64,000 nt of DNA. It comes from the human T2T-CHM13v2.0 reference genome, Homo sapiens. Below the pieces are notes generated by a model. It had not been told where the DNA came from. It searched no databases and saw only the letters and a program-made list of their open reading frames with translations. Where the stretch lies: the NCBI RefSeq assembly GCF_009914755.1, contig NC_060925.1; one strand, written 5' to 3'. Below, piece by piece: positions 38,801 through 55,865 of the stretch (within the stretch, counting starts at the first letter, position 1; each line of letters starts with the position of its first letter). The translations under genes and the position numbers were made by a program.

Positions 38801-41169
38801 ATGTACCATCATAAACATCTTCCCCCCCGCCTTTTTTTTTTCACTCAACCTTAAGGCAAAACTGTATATATGATTGGGTTTTTTTTCCCATCCTTTATTT
38901 CTTGCAATCCTCTCCCAACTTATGACCCGAATGCATTTTATTCCCTTCTAAGCCAATATGAAAATCACTTCTATCAGTTGATAACTTGCTGAAAAATTAT
39001 TTGTCTGCACTGGCAATAGTCTTAATATGTTCCTCAGTCCACCATGTTTTGTAAGCCGTTTATTTTTAGTCGTGAAATGAATGGCCCTGCCTCTAGCTAA
39101 AGACACTTGAAGAGGCAACTGGAAGTTGAGGGGCCTATCATTTACCAATGCTGTCATACCCTAATGCCTCCAAAGGCAAGAGTAACCTGTGTCCTCAGGT
39201 TCATTGCTCTGCTTCCTCCTCCTGAACACAGATCAAGACTTGCCCATCAAATGCCCTCCTACCATTTGTTACTAAGGGCATTATTGAGTATATGCTCAGA
39301 GAAACCACCACATTCTGGCAGAATGCTACTTTAACACAATTAGCATCTATCAGAGTGTTGGTTGACTCTTTAATCAGAGCTCTTATCTATTCAGTTACAC
39401 AAACCAGAAATCCACTACCTTTTCTTTTACTCCTATTTAACCAATTTTCAAGTCCTGTTAATGCAACCTCCTAATTTCTCTCTCCAAACTCTCTCCATTG
39501 CCACTGTTCTTGTTCCATGATCCCTTGCTTAGTCATGTTCAGGGTGGGGCAACAAGTATCCCAGAAGCTTAACATACATCAGTTGGGGCAGGGAAAAAAA
39601 TAGTAGCACTTCCATTCATTAATTTTTCTCATCCATTTTACTGTTTTTTAACGTCTTATAATGTACTCAACTTGTCAACAACAAAGTACATATATATAAA
39701 TGATAAACACACATGTATGAGGGGATAAGCTCAAAAACTGAGAGACCACCAACCTAGACAATTACATTAGCATCATCTAATTAAGTTGCCCATTCCAATC
39801 GTGGTATCTGTCCCCTTCCCCACAGTAGCCAGTGATACTTTAATAATTAACCCAAATCATCGCTCTTAGTAAAAGCTCTTCAATTGCTGCCCACTGCTCT
39901 TAAGATAAATACCAAAATCCAGTGCTTGCCCCCCATGATGTGATTGCCACGTATCTCATCCAATTCCTACTCTATTGCTCTCTAGGCTCTAGGTACACCG
40001 GTCTCTCAATTTCTCAAATATGCTGTATCACCTTTCCTCTGCAGAGCCTTTCTGAAACATGCATGTGCCTTCTACTTCTAATATTATTCTCTTGCTCAAC
40101 TGGCGTGCCTCTTTTTGTACCAACTAGAACTTTCTGGCAGTCAACACTCAGAGTTACTATTAGCCCTCAGAAAACTAAAATAATTAGTTCTTCTTTCACT
40201 TGGAATCTCACTTCCTACTTCAGGTTTTATTGTATATGCTTTTTTCTGATTAGCCACTTCAAGAGATTTGAAAGGAGAGAAGTATAAATATAAAATTAGA
40301 TAATATCAGATTTCCTAGGAAATATGAGAAATCTGTCTAAAGACTCTCGGGAGAAAAGTTTTAGAATGATATTAAAATTAAGCAAAAAGGTTCAAACTTA
40401 TATTTGGGTACAAAAGAAAGAGGGTTTGTTTTCGTTTCTTTCACTCTGGATGCGAGTGGGCAACAGAGAGAAAATAAACCTGGAATAGCCTAAAAGCTGG
40501 AAGTTTCAGGGGAAAATGATAAAGGCACCCAATTCCATAGCGTTCAAGATAAGAGGATACCTCACATCATTTTAAGGAAACACAATTTCACTCTCTTATC
40601 CACATGTAAAAAACTGAATCTCCTTTAACCAAGATAGGTGTTTTTACTCTTTATAAGTAATTTAAAAAGACTTTCAAAGACCATGTCTGTTTTCTCCCAC
40701 TTTTATAGGAGAAAAAAAGAATTAAGAGAAATACAAAGGCATGAGGTTTCTGATAACTACAGTAACATACTTAGGGGTGGGGAAAAAATGAAGGCAGTGA
40801 AGATAGGGCAATTCTGGGCAAGAAAACTGAGCCTGGACCAAGAGAATAAACCTCAGACATTTCCACAATTTGGTCAAGAATTCATCCCTGTTTACATTCA
40901 ATCTGGCATTGAAAATGCTACACAGTTCTCCTTTACATAATTTACCAAGTTTTAAAACGTTTATTTAAAAAAAAAAAAAAAACTAAAGAATCTGAGGAAG
41001 GCTTCTTGCTTTGATTTTAATCTTTGCTTTAAAAATTCTTAAGATTTAGCCATTACTTTTCACTATACACCACACTCACACAATTAAAATAAGAGCCAGT
41101 AACTAAAACTAAGAAAGCATGCCTAGATACATAAATACATGTTTTTTAACTAAGATTTGCTTTTCAAAA

Positions 41170-41850
<681 letters not shown>

Positions 41851-42146
41851 TAACAAGTGCCATGCTGTGCATCTGTTCTTCATCTCACAATTGTTTATAA
41901 CACAAAGTTTAAAAATATCCCAATGCCTACTGCTTTTTCCATTTTGAAAAGTATTAGAGGTGATTGGTGGAATTTTCGGTATTTTTATTTTCTTCTTCAT
42001 GCTTCCTATACTGCTTAAATTTTTATAAATAGCACACGACTTTATCATCAGAAGAACTTATTCTCACTTGAAAAACAAAATGCTGTGGAAATTACAGTTC
42101 TGTTAACAAGAGTGGTTCTAGATGGACAGAGCTCTAACTGGCTCTA

Positions 42147-42450
<304 letters not shown>

Positions 42451-43007
42451 TAGCTCTAGTTTCTAACAAGAGAACTGGACATAAAGAATGAAGTGACTCT
42501 ATGAATAACGCCAACATGACCCCAAATGTTTGGAAAGACTGCAAAGCCAGGACCTGAATACCCTTTTCCAAACACCAGAGCTGGTTGAGAGAAGGCATAC
42601 AGTGGCTGTTCTGCCATCACACTACTTTCCAGGAGGAATCAAACCCAAAGGCATTTTTTAGGTCATGACTCTCTCAGTACATATCCATTCAGGATGGTTC
42701 ATCAAAAACCAGGACTGTCCTAGTTAAACAAAGACAGCTGTCTCCCTTTTCCATGGGAATCCTATTGCCCTTGCCTTCTCTATCTCTCTGCGTGACAATT
42801 CCTGGTATTTCAAGAAGCTGCTTACCAAGAAGCAACCTCTATCTAAAACAACACAAGACAGCTAATATTTAAATGACAAAATTGTCCACATTTACTTTTT
42901 GAAATTCAAAAATATGTAAAATTCTATTAAAATAGTTTGGTTGAATACATAAAAATTAAATAAACTGGGTTTGTCTCACATGGGATTTACTAAATAGAAT
43001 TAAAGAT

Positions 43008-43302
43008 GGCCAGGAGCAGTGGCTCATGCCTGTAATCCCAACACTTTGGGAGACTGAGGCAGGACATTGAGGCCAGGAGTTCAAGAGCAGCCTGAGCAAT
43101 GTAGTAGCAAGGCCTCATCTCTACAAAAAAATTAAAAATGAGCTGGGTGTGGTGGCATGCACCTGTAGTCCCAGCTACTCAGGAGGCTGAGGCAGGAGGA
43201 TCCTTTGAGTGCAGGAATTCGAGGTTACAGTGAGTTATGATCGCACCACTGCACTCCAGATTGGGCAACAGAGCAAGACTCTCTCTTAAAAAAAAAAAAA
43301 AA
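43008..43302 (+). mobile_element. Alu (J-type)
   Basis: Consensus with poly-A tail. Confidence 0.92.
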
Positions 43303-45607
43303 AGTTCTGTACTTTATTCTAAGATTGATAGGAAGCCATTGCAGGGTTATTGCTGCATACTACAATAGTTATGCAAAAACCCACTCTACCATCTTCCTAG
43401 CAATATAAGGCTAATTCCATTAGTTATCTGCAGAAGAGACTGGAGACACATTTCCTAGGCACCCATATCATTCATCCAGTCTTCAAAGTGGGACTGATTT
43501 CAAGGCTTGAGGAAAACTTTAAATCAATGGGAAACCAGTGAGTATTTCTGAATAGGAAAAGGAATTCTCTTTGTTACAATATTACCACAGCAAAGAGCAG
43601 GATAATATTTGCAAAATAAACTCCTTCATAAAAAATGTATTTCTTCCTACATGAATGACAATGTAATAGCCAAATACTCTTGAAATTTTCCAGAACACAG
43701 AAGTCATTTGTTTTCTCATGTGAATCATTTCAGAAATTACAAAAGCTCACATAAATAGCAGGTCTACCTTGTAAGAATTATTTTTGGTACCTTTACATGA
43801 GTAGCATTCTATATTTGTTTCCTAACTACCATTCTGCACCATTCATGTTACTTACACTGCCTTGTGGATATTTTTGACCATGACTTATACTATCTACACA
43901 ATTAACAGCCTCCTTAAGACCAAAAATTTTGAATTATTTGTTTCTCTCATCTCATGTAACATAGTACCTTAACAGGAATACAAATAATTCCAGTTAACTA
44001 CAGCATTTCTTCTCTTAGATTAGAACAGCATCTACCCCTTAGGAATTTTTTATGTATTAATGAAATAATGTCACAATATTTTTCATATATGAAATACCAA
44101 CTAACTTCAAAGATACTGCTATTCAACACCATCTTCAAAAGACTCCTTAGAATTTTTCTACCTTACCTAGATTATGAAAACAGGAATGCCCAATGTTAAC
44201 TCAGAGGCAATGCCCCAAAATATGCACATGGGCGACCTGACAGGGCACCATCACGCTTCCAAATGCACGAAAGCACAGCCGAGATTAAGCTGTAAAAATC
44301 GTGGAACAGGTTTGGCTGCTGCTGTGTGTTGTGAATGGTCTCATCAGAGTGGAAGTGGTTCCTGCAATTCATCTCTTATCATCAGTGGAAAACAAGACAG
44401 ACTATTAAAGCCTCTCTTTATTCTTGTTTTAAGAGGAAAATGTTCCACACAGAGGTATCACAATTTTTGACTATTTAACATCCAGCAAAATGCTTCTTCA
44501 ATTTATGAGCAATAAAGGATAAAAATTCATGAATAAAGATAAAGTAATTACATGCAAATTACTATCCTCATGTAAGAAAGCATGCAAATAATCACAGATG
44601 ACATCCTCAGGTCATTGTAGCACCACTGAATAAAGATCAAGCCTATTGTAAAATAAGCCTGGAAGAACTGAAGTCACTAGCTGGACATGCATCAGACAAT
44701 AGATTATAAGGTGCCTAACTGCCAGAGAAACAAGGAAGTAGAGAAAAGGGAATGAAAGGCAGACAGAATATAGTGTCTGTATGACAACAAACTCCAGGCT
44801 AAAATTACTTGCTATGAGACATGAAACCCATATTTATCACAAAAATAGTATCTGCCTCTTTTTAGCCATTTAATCATTCCCACCTTGGGGCAGGACAAGA
44901 TGTCTTAAGTCCCACAACGTAAGACTAAAAGCTGCGCTCATGAAAAATGAGGCTTCATAAGCTAAAGCAGCTTTCCCAGACAGTTAGTGAACAAGAACTT
45001 AAAAGTCATAGAAGTTAATATATTAAAATGTATTTATTGTAATTTAGTATGAACAATTTATAAATCCACATATATGAATATGTAATTCAGATATAATTAT
45101 GAAAAAATCACAAAAAAAATCACAAAAAGAAAAATCACAAATGTACTGACTGAGACAGAGCTAGAAACAGCTAGTAACAACAGTTACTGCTATTAAATAG
45201 ATGGTGGTTACAAAGCTAATTGCTGGGCAATTTTTATATATTAAGCATCAAAAAGGCCATCAGACCTACATTTTCCCTTTCATTGACAGATGATAACAGC
45301 AATTAGGAATAATTTTTGCCACTTCTGTGACTTGCAAAGTCCCACTTCTGGCCAGCCCTCCATAATGTCCTCATGGGGGAGGAGAGAAGATGAAATACAG
45401 AAAGGAAAAAGACAGGAAGAAAGAGTTCTCTGTTACAGGCAAAGCTAGGCATGTCCATCTACATTGAAGAGACAGAAAATATGGAATAATCAAGCCCATC
45501 TGACACACGGCCTTTAAGATTTTTTTGCTTTGCTAGGCTGTTTGGAAAAGATAAAAAGACTATAGAAATCCCATTCTTAGTGAACAGCTGTCCCTCCTAA
45601 GTTATGG

Positions 45608-46048
45608 CAGTAGTTTTCAAAGATCTTGTTCCTAGGATCCACTTATATTCCTAACAATTATTAAAGACCCTAAAGAGCTTTTGCTTATGTGGGTTACATC
45701 TATCATTATTTACTGTACTAAATAACTAAATTACATGTTTTAACTTTTAGGAATTCACTTTTAAAACAACTAAAAAGCAGTTATATTTAAAATAACATTT
45801 TAATGAAAAATAACTATTTCTCAGAACAAAAATATTAAGTGATTAGAATGCCATGGTTTTACAAATCTCTTTAGCATTTAACACTAAATATTAAATAATA
45901 ATCCAGACAGCTAGATTATTTCAATTGCTTTTGTATTCAGTGTGCTGTGGCATGCTGTTCTGGCTGAAGTATAATGAAGAAGATCCTTGAAACGGTCCAG
46001 AAGGGGACCCTCAAGAGTTGCCATGGACCACACTTTTTGAATCCCTGA
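45608..46048. mobile_element. hAT-Charlie-like DNA transposon remnant
   Basis: Terminal-repeat-like ends cagtagttttcaaag ... ggaccacactttttgaatccctg. Confidence 0.55.
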
Positions 46049-46179
46049 GTTAGAGGTTTAAATTCAAGATTCCCAATTTTACACCTGATTTAGCCCAAAG
46101 GAAAATTAAAACATGGAGAACCAGCAAGTACATAGTAATTTAGGCCTTATTAGCTCTAATGATTAGGACATCTGTAAAC

Positions 46180-46480
<301 letters not shown>

Positions 46481-47316
46481 TAATGAGAATCAGCCTGGCC
46501 TGAGGTCTGTAAACTTTAAGAGGATAAGCTACTATCAAATATTCACTCAAATTTTCTTTTTAGTGACTATGAATTATTAGATATAATTTCAAGCATTAAT
46601 CAACACAAATATTAGAAGATAAAGCTATAGTCATTTTCTGGTCCCAATTCCAACCCAGAACTTTGAGGTTGTTCCTGTGTGTAAATGGGGGATCACAAAA
46701 CAGAAGCATAAAGAGAGGGAGAGGGCAAGGGAAGAGAACAGAAGAGAAGCATCCTTCCAAGAGAGTCTGGCCCTAACACATCCATGGTAGGTAAAGAATA
46801 CCTAAATACAGTCCTTGGGAGAACTGATATTAGTTACTCAAACAATTTTCCTTAGAGCTTAACTGTCTCACAGCCCTGGTTGAGAAAGGCTAAGGAAGCG
46901 GCTGAAAATTGAGGCTTTGAGGTATAACAGGTAGGCCACAGGATCTGGAGGCCTAATTCAGTAGCTCCCAACCTTTTCAACAGCTAGAAACCCTTTTATA
47001 CTGTAATTAACCCCCTTGAACTCAATATTTAGAGTCAATCTGCCCAAAGAAACTGTATTTATCATTAATCTTAAGAAATTAATGAAGTTTCTTTTGCCAC
47101 ATTGTGAACTATTTAAAGCCAGAATTGTGTCTACGTACCTTTCTTTCTAAAACCTGGACTGAGGCTCACAGTGAAACTCAAACTGATGCTGAATTACATT
47201 TTCATTTTTACCTGTTTCTCCCAAAGTACTGATTTTCTTCATACAGTAGAAATAATTTTAGGTGTCACACACATTATATTCAAACATATATGATACTTTC
47301 CCGGAGACATCTATTA

Positions 47317-47635
47317 TTTGTTGTTGTTGTTGTTTTTGTTTTGTTTTTTTTTTTTGAGACGGAGTCTCACTCTGTCGCCCAGGCTGGAGTGCAGTGGTGC
47401 AATCTCGGCTCATTGCAACCTCCGCCTCCTGGATTCAAGTGATTCTCCTGCCTCAGCCTCTTGAGTAGCTGGGATTACAGGTGCGCACCACCATGCCCAG
47501 CTTATTTTCGTATTTTTAGTAGAGATGGGGTTTCACCATGTTGGTCAGGCTGGTCTCGAACTCCTGACCTCGTGATCCACCCACCTCAGCCTCCCAAAGT
47601 GCTGGGATTACAGATGTTAGCCACTGCACCCGGCC
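47317..47635 (-). mobile_element. Alu (S-type)
   Basis: Full-length, TSD tctattatt. Confidence 0.94.
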
Positions 47636-49035
47636 AAGACCTCTATTATTAACATATGAGAATAGGTAGCCAGAATTCTTTCTTAATGAAAAAGTTACCT
47701 AAGTGAAGTACAATCAGAACCACATTGGTTTCCTGTTTAAATTCACCTCATTCTACCACTGTTTGAATTTTCTTCTCTATTTCTGCCTCCACTCAGGAAC
47801 TGAATGCTTGACTTACAGCCTCCAGTAGCTCCCTTTTCAAACCACAGCTAGCTTTCTGGAGTACAGCTTTACTCACATTATCACTCTTGCTTGAAAACTT
47901 ACACTGAATCTCTATCACCCAAAGGTCTCAAACGCCCTTCTTGATCACCTACCTTTCTGAATTTATTCCCACCAGGCCAAACAATTCCCTGCTCTACAAA
48001 CACAGCTCATTCTTCCCACTTTTTGTACAGGTATGCTATTCCTCAGGCCTGATATGTCTTTCCCCCTCATCTTCCCATGCCTACAGTATGTCCAACTTTC
48101 AAAATCCAGACCTGAAAGTCAGCTTGTCACTAATATGTTCCCGGCTGCTCCAGTGAGAAGGCGGCTCGTCCCCTTCACACACCCAATACAGTATGTTATC
48201 TGTCCTCAGACAGGGTTTCTCTTGTGTGTTATGGTTGTGCCTTACCTCCCCTGTAAGAGGAGAAAGAAGATCTGTGAGGACAAGACTTGTGTCTAATTTG
48301 CGCTGGCATACAGATGCACTCAAATGATGGATGAATTAATTTGTCTATAGAAAAAAAGAAAACACCCAAAAGATATGTCTTTACCGGGCAGTTAAGACAA
48401 AGCAGATGTTGGAGAAAATTTGAAAGCCTACTTTTTTTTTTTCCTCTAAGTTAATCCATATAGAATTTTCATTTTCTTTTTTTTTTTTTGGACATTAGCA
48501 TTCAAAATAACATTTTCTAGTTTAATACTATGCCTTTGCCTTGTTTAATTCCCATGATATCCTGACATAAATATTCTCATGACTCACATTTTATAAATTA
48601 GGAAATAGCTTTAGAGAAAGCACCAGAGGGAGAGACAGAACTAGAGTCTTTTGACTCTAAACTCAAGTTCTTTCTACTAAATCACAATAAAGACCTTAAC
48701 AGTTTACTTAAAAACACAAAACTAAAAGTAAATTCAAATTTTTGCTTTCCTAATTTCTCACTCTAAACTGACTTCCCTCAAAGGCGTTTTTAAAAATGCT
48801 TTGAAGATCTTGAACTGAAGGCCAGACAAACGCAGTAAAAATAAATGGCCTGAAGGCTCGAAAACCCAATCCCCTTTGTGCCTCCCTTTCTAGGTATGGA
48901 CAGCCTGGGGAAATCCCAGCTCTCCATGTCAACCTTTCTAATTGGAAATTGGGAGTGACAACAGACATATTAACCTCACATTACTGTGATTCACAAAAGG
49001 GAGGACTGTGAGAGGTAAGTATGAGAAGAAAGTAG

Positions 49036-49425
<390 letters not shown>

Positions 49426-52368
49426 TAGGTTTTATAGGGTTCAAAATGTTAATTCTCCAATAAGATTAGTTGTTTCGGAAAGCTAAACTAAAAAACTTTG
49501 TCCAGGGTTATCTTTGGGATTCTTTTCAGGTCCAAATTTTTAAGATTTCATGAAAGCATTAATAAAGAACCGCAAATGGAGTATATCCAGAACCAAATGT
49601 GTTATCTGCAGCACAGTATTTCCTCTTCCATCCTCTTTCACTCTGTCTCTGGTTAACAGGACCATCTTTACCGGGGGCCCAAACTGACACACCTGGTCAT
49701 CATTTTAAAACACTGTTCTCTCCTTCCCGGCCTGCCCATTACATCTTACTGACAAAGAGAAAAGAGGTTGAGTTCTAAGACCTCGGTACAAAAGCCACTA
49801 ATGCCACTGTCTAGCTGTGGGTCCTCGCATCACTACAGTAGTGACCTTCTGTAAGTGCCAATCTCATTTCTAAAACAAGGATAATACCACCAACCTTGTA
49901 GGATTGTTATAAAGATGATTGGTTATGTATACGCCAGATTAAGACCAAGCACACAGAAGGTGACCAATAAATAGATCATTATTCCTGCCTCAGAATGGCT
50001 TTAATTTCTATGTGAGGACAAAGGTAGAAAGCTAGAACACTGCCGTGGCAGGTATAGCCAGCACTAAATGAAAGCTGGTCACCTCCTCTTCATTCTGCTC
50101 CTCTCCTCTCTCTACTTTGTCAGTTCAGGCCTCATCTTTCTCACCGGTATTATTACAACAGTGTCCTGAATTGATCTTCATGCTTGTAAACTTGCATGTT
50201 CACCACACTTGTCCTAAAGCACAAACTTGATCATATCAATCCTTTATTTAGCATCCTTCAATGACTCTTCACCACCTCCATGATAACATGCACACTCGTC
50301 AGCACTAGGCCCTTCCCAACCTTATCTCTTGGGATGCCCTGCTCCTGACCCCCACCACATAAATTCTCATGTCCAAGCCACATCATGGCATATTTGTTAT
50401 TTCCCAATTGCTCCATGCTCTCATGCTTCCAAACCTATCTAGAATGTTCTATCACTGATGAGCCCTCCCCATTCTTCAAACATAGCTGAAACATCACCTT
50501 CTCTTCAAAGCTTTCCCTGACCCTAGAATTTTCTTTGGTATTCCGAAGGCCTTTCTTCACACTACATTCGCAAGCTGTATCCTAATTTTGCTGGCCTTGT
50601 TTCTGGCAGCTGTAGCCCGACTGTGACATCAGGCAAGGGACAGGCTTTATTTATCATTTTTGTATTATTCCCAGTGCCTAACACAGTTTATAAAAAATAC
50701 GCTTTACTGAAAATATTTTTGTGATATAAGCTTAATATTGTTTGCATTAATATCAACAATCTGGAAGACTAAAAAACAAAACTGTCACTATAAAGTATTT
50801 CTAGAAACTACTGAGATTTTTTTAATCCTATTAATTCCAAACATAAAGAGATTTTTAAATGCTGTGATAAAACTCATACAAATGTACATACTGGAAGGTA
50901 TGTCAGGCCAAATTATCATTAAAAAATGAAATCTCAATATTATAAAACCTCTAGAAAATTTCAACCATAAGGAAGGTATGACTTTTGACCATGTTCTCAT
51001 GTTCAATAGATTAAAAAATAAAACCCAGCAAAAGTAGTCTTTTAGATAATGGTAAAATACTTATTTTGGGGTGTTCTTTTTGAAAAGGCATGCTTCATCT
51101 TGGCTGAGAACAAAAGCAGTGGGATAATCTTACTGGTTATGCATATAATTTTCTTTTTTTTGGATTTAAAAATTATTTCCTATTTTCAAATGATTTAAAC
51201 CTTTTAAGAAAATAAAAGTTGGGCAAATTTGCCTCCACCAATTATCACAAAAATTAACTTTGTAGTTTATATAATCCATAACTATTACCTATAAAAATCT
51301 ATAAATGTACTGGATAAATAATAGAGAAATCAAAAATATCACTTTAGGTAATACACCCATTTAAAATTGAATCCATTTCCATGGAGAAAGGAAAAAATAC
51401 ACTGTAGCATTTGGTATAAAAGGAAGAGCACTAATTCAGCTCTTTTTCAAAAATGTTAGAACATGTGATTTGTGTTTTTTTAACTTCCAAATATAACTCA
51501 CTGTATTTAGCACCTTCTGTACTTTCCAGTATATTAGATAATTGCATACCAAGTTAAAAACAAAATAAAGGAAAACATTTCTGCCACCCACCATTTTCAT
51601 TAAAAAAAGGAAATATCACACAAACACACAGAGCACCTTGTAAAGGTTGGTATGACTAGCCCCCCAGAAAGCTGTTTTTTATAAATTTAAAAAATTTGAG
51701 GACGTAGGGGACACGGAAGAAGAGGAAAGGAAAATTATGTGATTATTGGTTTTAGCACAAAACGTGAGCTAGTAATTTTCAAATTCAGTTCTAGAGAACC
51801 ATGGAGGCATCTCAGTGGTTGCGGATCCGGAACCCTATATCAATCAGAGAAGCTCCATATTTTCTGTCCATTTATACACTGAACTACCAAAGATCTCATT
51901 TGCACAAAAATGTCCATAACTTTTTAAAGTCTGAAAATCACTGAGAAGGATTAGCCGATGACAACAGTGGATAATATTGATATTAGCACCTAATAAATAA
52001 AAATACAAACAGAAATGTTTAATATGGAAAAATGTTTTAACAAGTGGTAAAACATTAAGAAACAGGCAAGACTAATATTTGTAGTTGCTTTATCAATAAG
52101 TTTGTTCTGCTTCTCATCAGTTTTATCAGGCTACAGTTTGTAAAGGGAAGGGAGATGTAAGTTAAGCTTTTTCAACTTGGTTTTGGAAGAAAGACAGTAG
52201 ATGATTTCAGCAGCCAATTGGCTGTGAATCCAAAGCAAAGATTTTTGGCAGGGTATGATCAAACTGAGAGGTGACATTATTGGGTATGTTTGTTTAGATA
52301 AAGGGGAGGTGGCCCATATAATGTTGGGGTAGGGTACATACCTTTTCTACACTGGAGAATCTGCGTAA

Positions 52369-52706
<338 letters not shown>

Positions 52707-53208
52707 CCTGATTCTTAACATCTTACTCTCTCCCATGCTTCTACTTCCACACTAATTAAGGCCATCAAAAATAAGAAATAGTATTTAACTACAGTAATTT
52801 ATGAAAACAGTCATTTTCTAAGTAAATCAGACTATTTAGAACTTAGCCATTCTATATGGTTTTTTTTCCATGATGAAAAACTACAGAACTAAAAGCTTCC
52901 TTGCCAGTGACTGATCCACAATACCAGGAGGCAGCTGTGATGGACTCATTTCTTCCACCATTATCTCTCTTTCCTCAGCCCCTAGTATGAGTGGTTGAGA
53001 TTGTGACTGAGAATAAAGTATCAAAATCATCTAACAAGAAGCCTTTTTCCCACACTAAAATGCTTGTGTAGCTTGTAAAATGATGGCCGATTTTCCTATT
53101 TGCCAAACTTTCTATAATGTGGAACATTGTTTCTTAATGCTTATTACCTTACAATAGAGAATGTAATTGAGTCTCTCCACATTAAGATTCATTAATTTGA
53201 AAAGATCA

Positions 53209-53535
<327 letters not shown>

Positions 53536-55098
53536 TCAAACCATATGACTACTCATTGAGAGAAACAATCCTTTCCATTTGGCTAAAAACTAAAAATCAA
53601 AAGTCAATGACAAGAGGAATAATAAAATTTTAACTACTTTTAAAAAAGGAACATTTAGTTTCCAATATAAGTTCCTAATATCAGTAACATTTAGTTTCTA
53701 ATATCAACGGATACACTTTTGAAAGTTTAGAAATAAAAATAATGCTAGTTTGTTCTAAAACACGGGATAGTCAAATGTCTACTCTCCAAACTTTGGTACC
53801 TTAATTATTTATCACATAACTGACCTATCCAACAAGATATTAAGAAAAAAAAAAAAAGAATCACAATTCTAGCTTCTTCCCTATGGTAAAACTACAGTAA
53901 ATGAAAAGCAATTCTATACCTATGATAGCATGCCAATAAAATACTGACACCTAGGAGAGAAGTACAGAGACTTAGAGAAATGACCTACATACAAGACTAT
54001 ACAGACTTTCCTATGCTATTTTCTGGACTTAGAGACACACCAGGCCAAGTTCTAGTGGTTTATTTTCTCAAACTAGACAAAATATGCAACCTATGTATAA
54101 GTTATGTATTGATATTAATTTCCTCAAAAGAAGATCTGATACAAAACATCTAAAGGCATAACAACTTTAAGTTTCTGCAAGATCCCAAAATGTCTTCTTG
54201 CTCTGAAATTAGTATTTGACAGACTAACACACCAGCTAGATGCTTCAACCCTTTTTAGTATAAGGCAACATATACATTGTTTAATGTATTTATAACAGAT
54301 TTTGAACAGATTTTGATATTCTACACTTTCAACAAAGTATCAAATTTTCATCTGACTGCAACTCTTTCCTCTTAAAATATATATTGTTTACAGTACATTT
54401 ATATCATTAAAATCATTACTAAATATACAATATAGGCAAGAGTAATCATATTTGTGTTTTCATGTATAACAATTATTTCCTGATTATAAAATCTCTCTCT
54501 TCAAAGAAATAACCACACACTGGTACATTTTTCTATTTTTTAAACCAAGACAAAACTGAGCTTATCCTTGACATATGTACAGTTTTTAAAAATTGAGATT
54601 TTTTTAAAAAGTGATTTCTATATATATTTCTAACCAATATGCACTATCAGAGGAGATGCAATTCATGACTGATACCACCTGAGGGCACTCCTAAAATCTT
54701 TAAAAAAACCGAGAATCACATTTTTACCTACTGGGAAGGAGACCCAGTCCTACTTCAAGTCCATGCTTTGAAAAATGTCTTTCAGAAAACATGTGTTTCT
54801 TTACACAAAGATGATAAATAAGCATAATTCCTATCCACTGCATATTCTCTGGGCTTCATGTACTTGCAACGGAAGTGTTTCTAAAGCAGGATGAAACCCA
54901 TCTAAATACTTCAAATAAAAGGGTTACAGAATTAAAAAGAACTAAACTCACAGGATTATCTTTCTAGATTATACATTTATCATCAATAAAAAGTTCACAT
55001 TTCTATAGAAAATAAAAATTCAAAAACTACTTCAAATATATACAAGATCTAAAAGTTAACAAACATTTGTTTTAACATACACATGGCACTTCAGTTCA

Positions 55099-55353
<255 letters not shown>

Positions 55354-55569
55354 CTAAAAAATAATAATTCTTTATAAAGTCAAACCAATAATTGGCAAAA
55401 TCAAGGATGTCAACAAATGCTGATTGTATATATTCATTCAAATGTGTTCCTAACAGACCTTGGCAAAAATTGCTTAAACAATTATCTGGGTAAAATCTAC
55501 ACAAATATCAGTCTGATAGAAGTTAAGCTTTTCGCTGATTACAAAGGTCTGCCATAAAACAGTAAATCA

Positions 55570-55865
55570 GCCGGGCACGGTGGCTCACGCCTGTAATCCC
55601 AGCACTTAGGGAGGGCTCGAGGCAGGCAGATCATGAGGTCAGGAGATTGAGACCATCCTGGCTAACACGGTGAAACCCCATCTCTACTAAAAATACAAAA
55701 AATTAGCCAGGCGCAGTGGCGGGTGCCTGTAGTCCCAGCTACTCGGGAGGCTGAGGCAAGAAAATGGCGTGAATCCAGGAGGCAGAGTTAGCAGGGAGCC
55801 AAGATCACACCACTGCACTCCAGCCTGGGCGATAGAGCGAGACTCTGTCTCAAAAAAAAAAAAAA
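55570..55865 (+). mobile_element. AluY-type
   Basis: cctggctaacacggtgaaa and atggcgtgaa diagnostics. Confidence 0.94.

Noticed and set aside
44340-44390. TGATGA...CTGA on the minus strand resembling a C/D box snoRNA
   Set aside because: Only about 45 nt between the boxes and no terminal stem.
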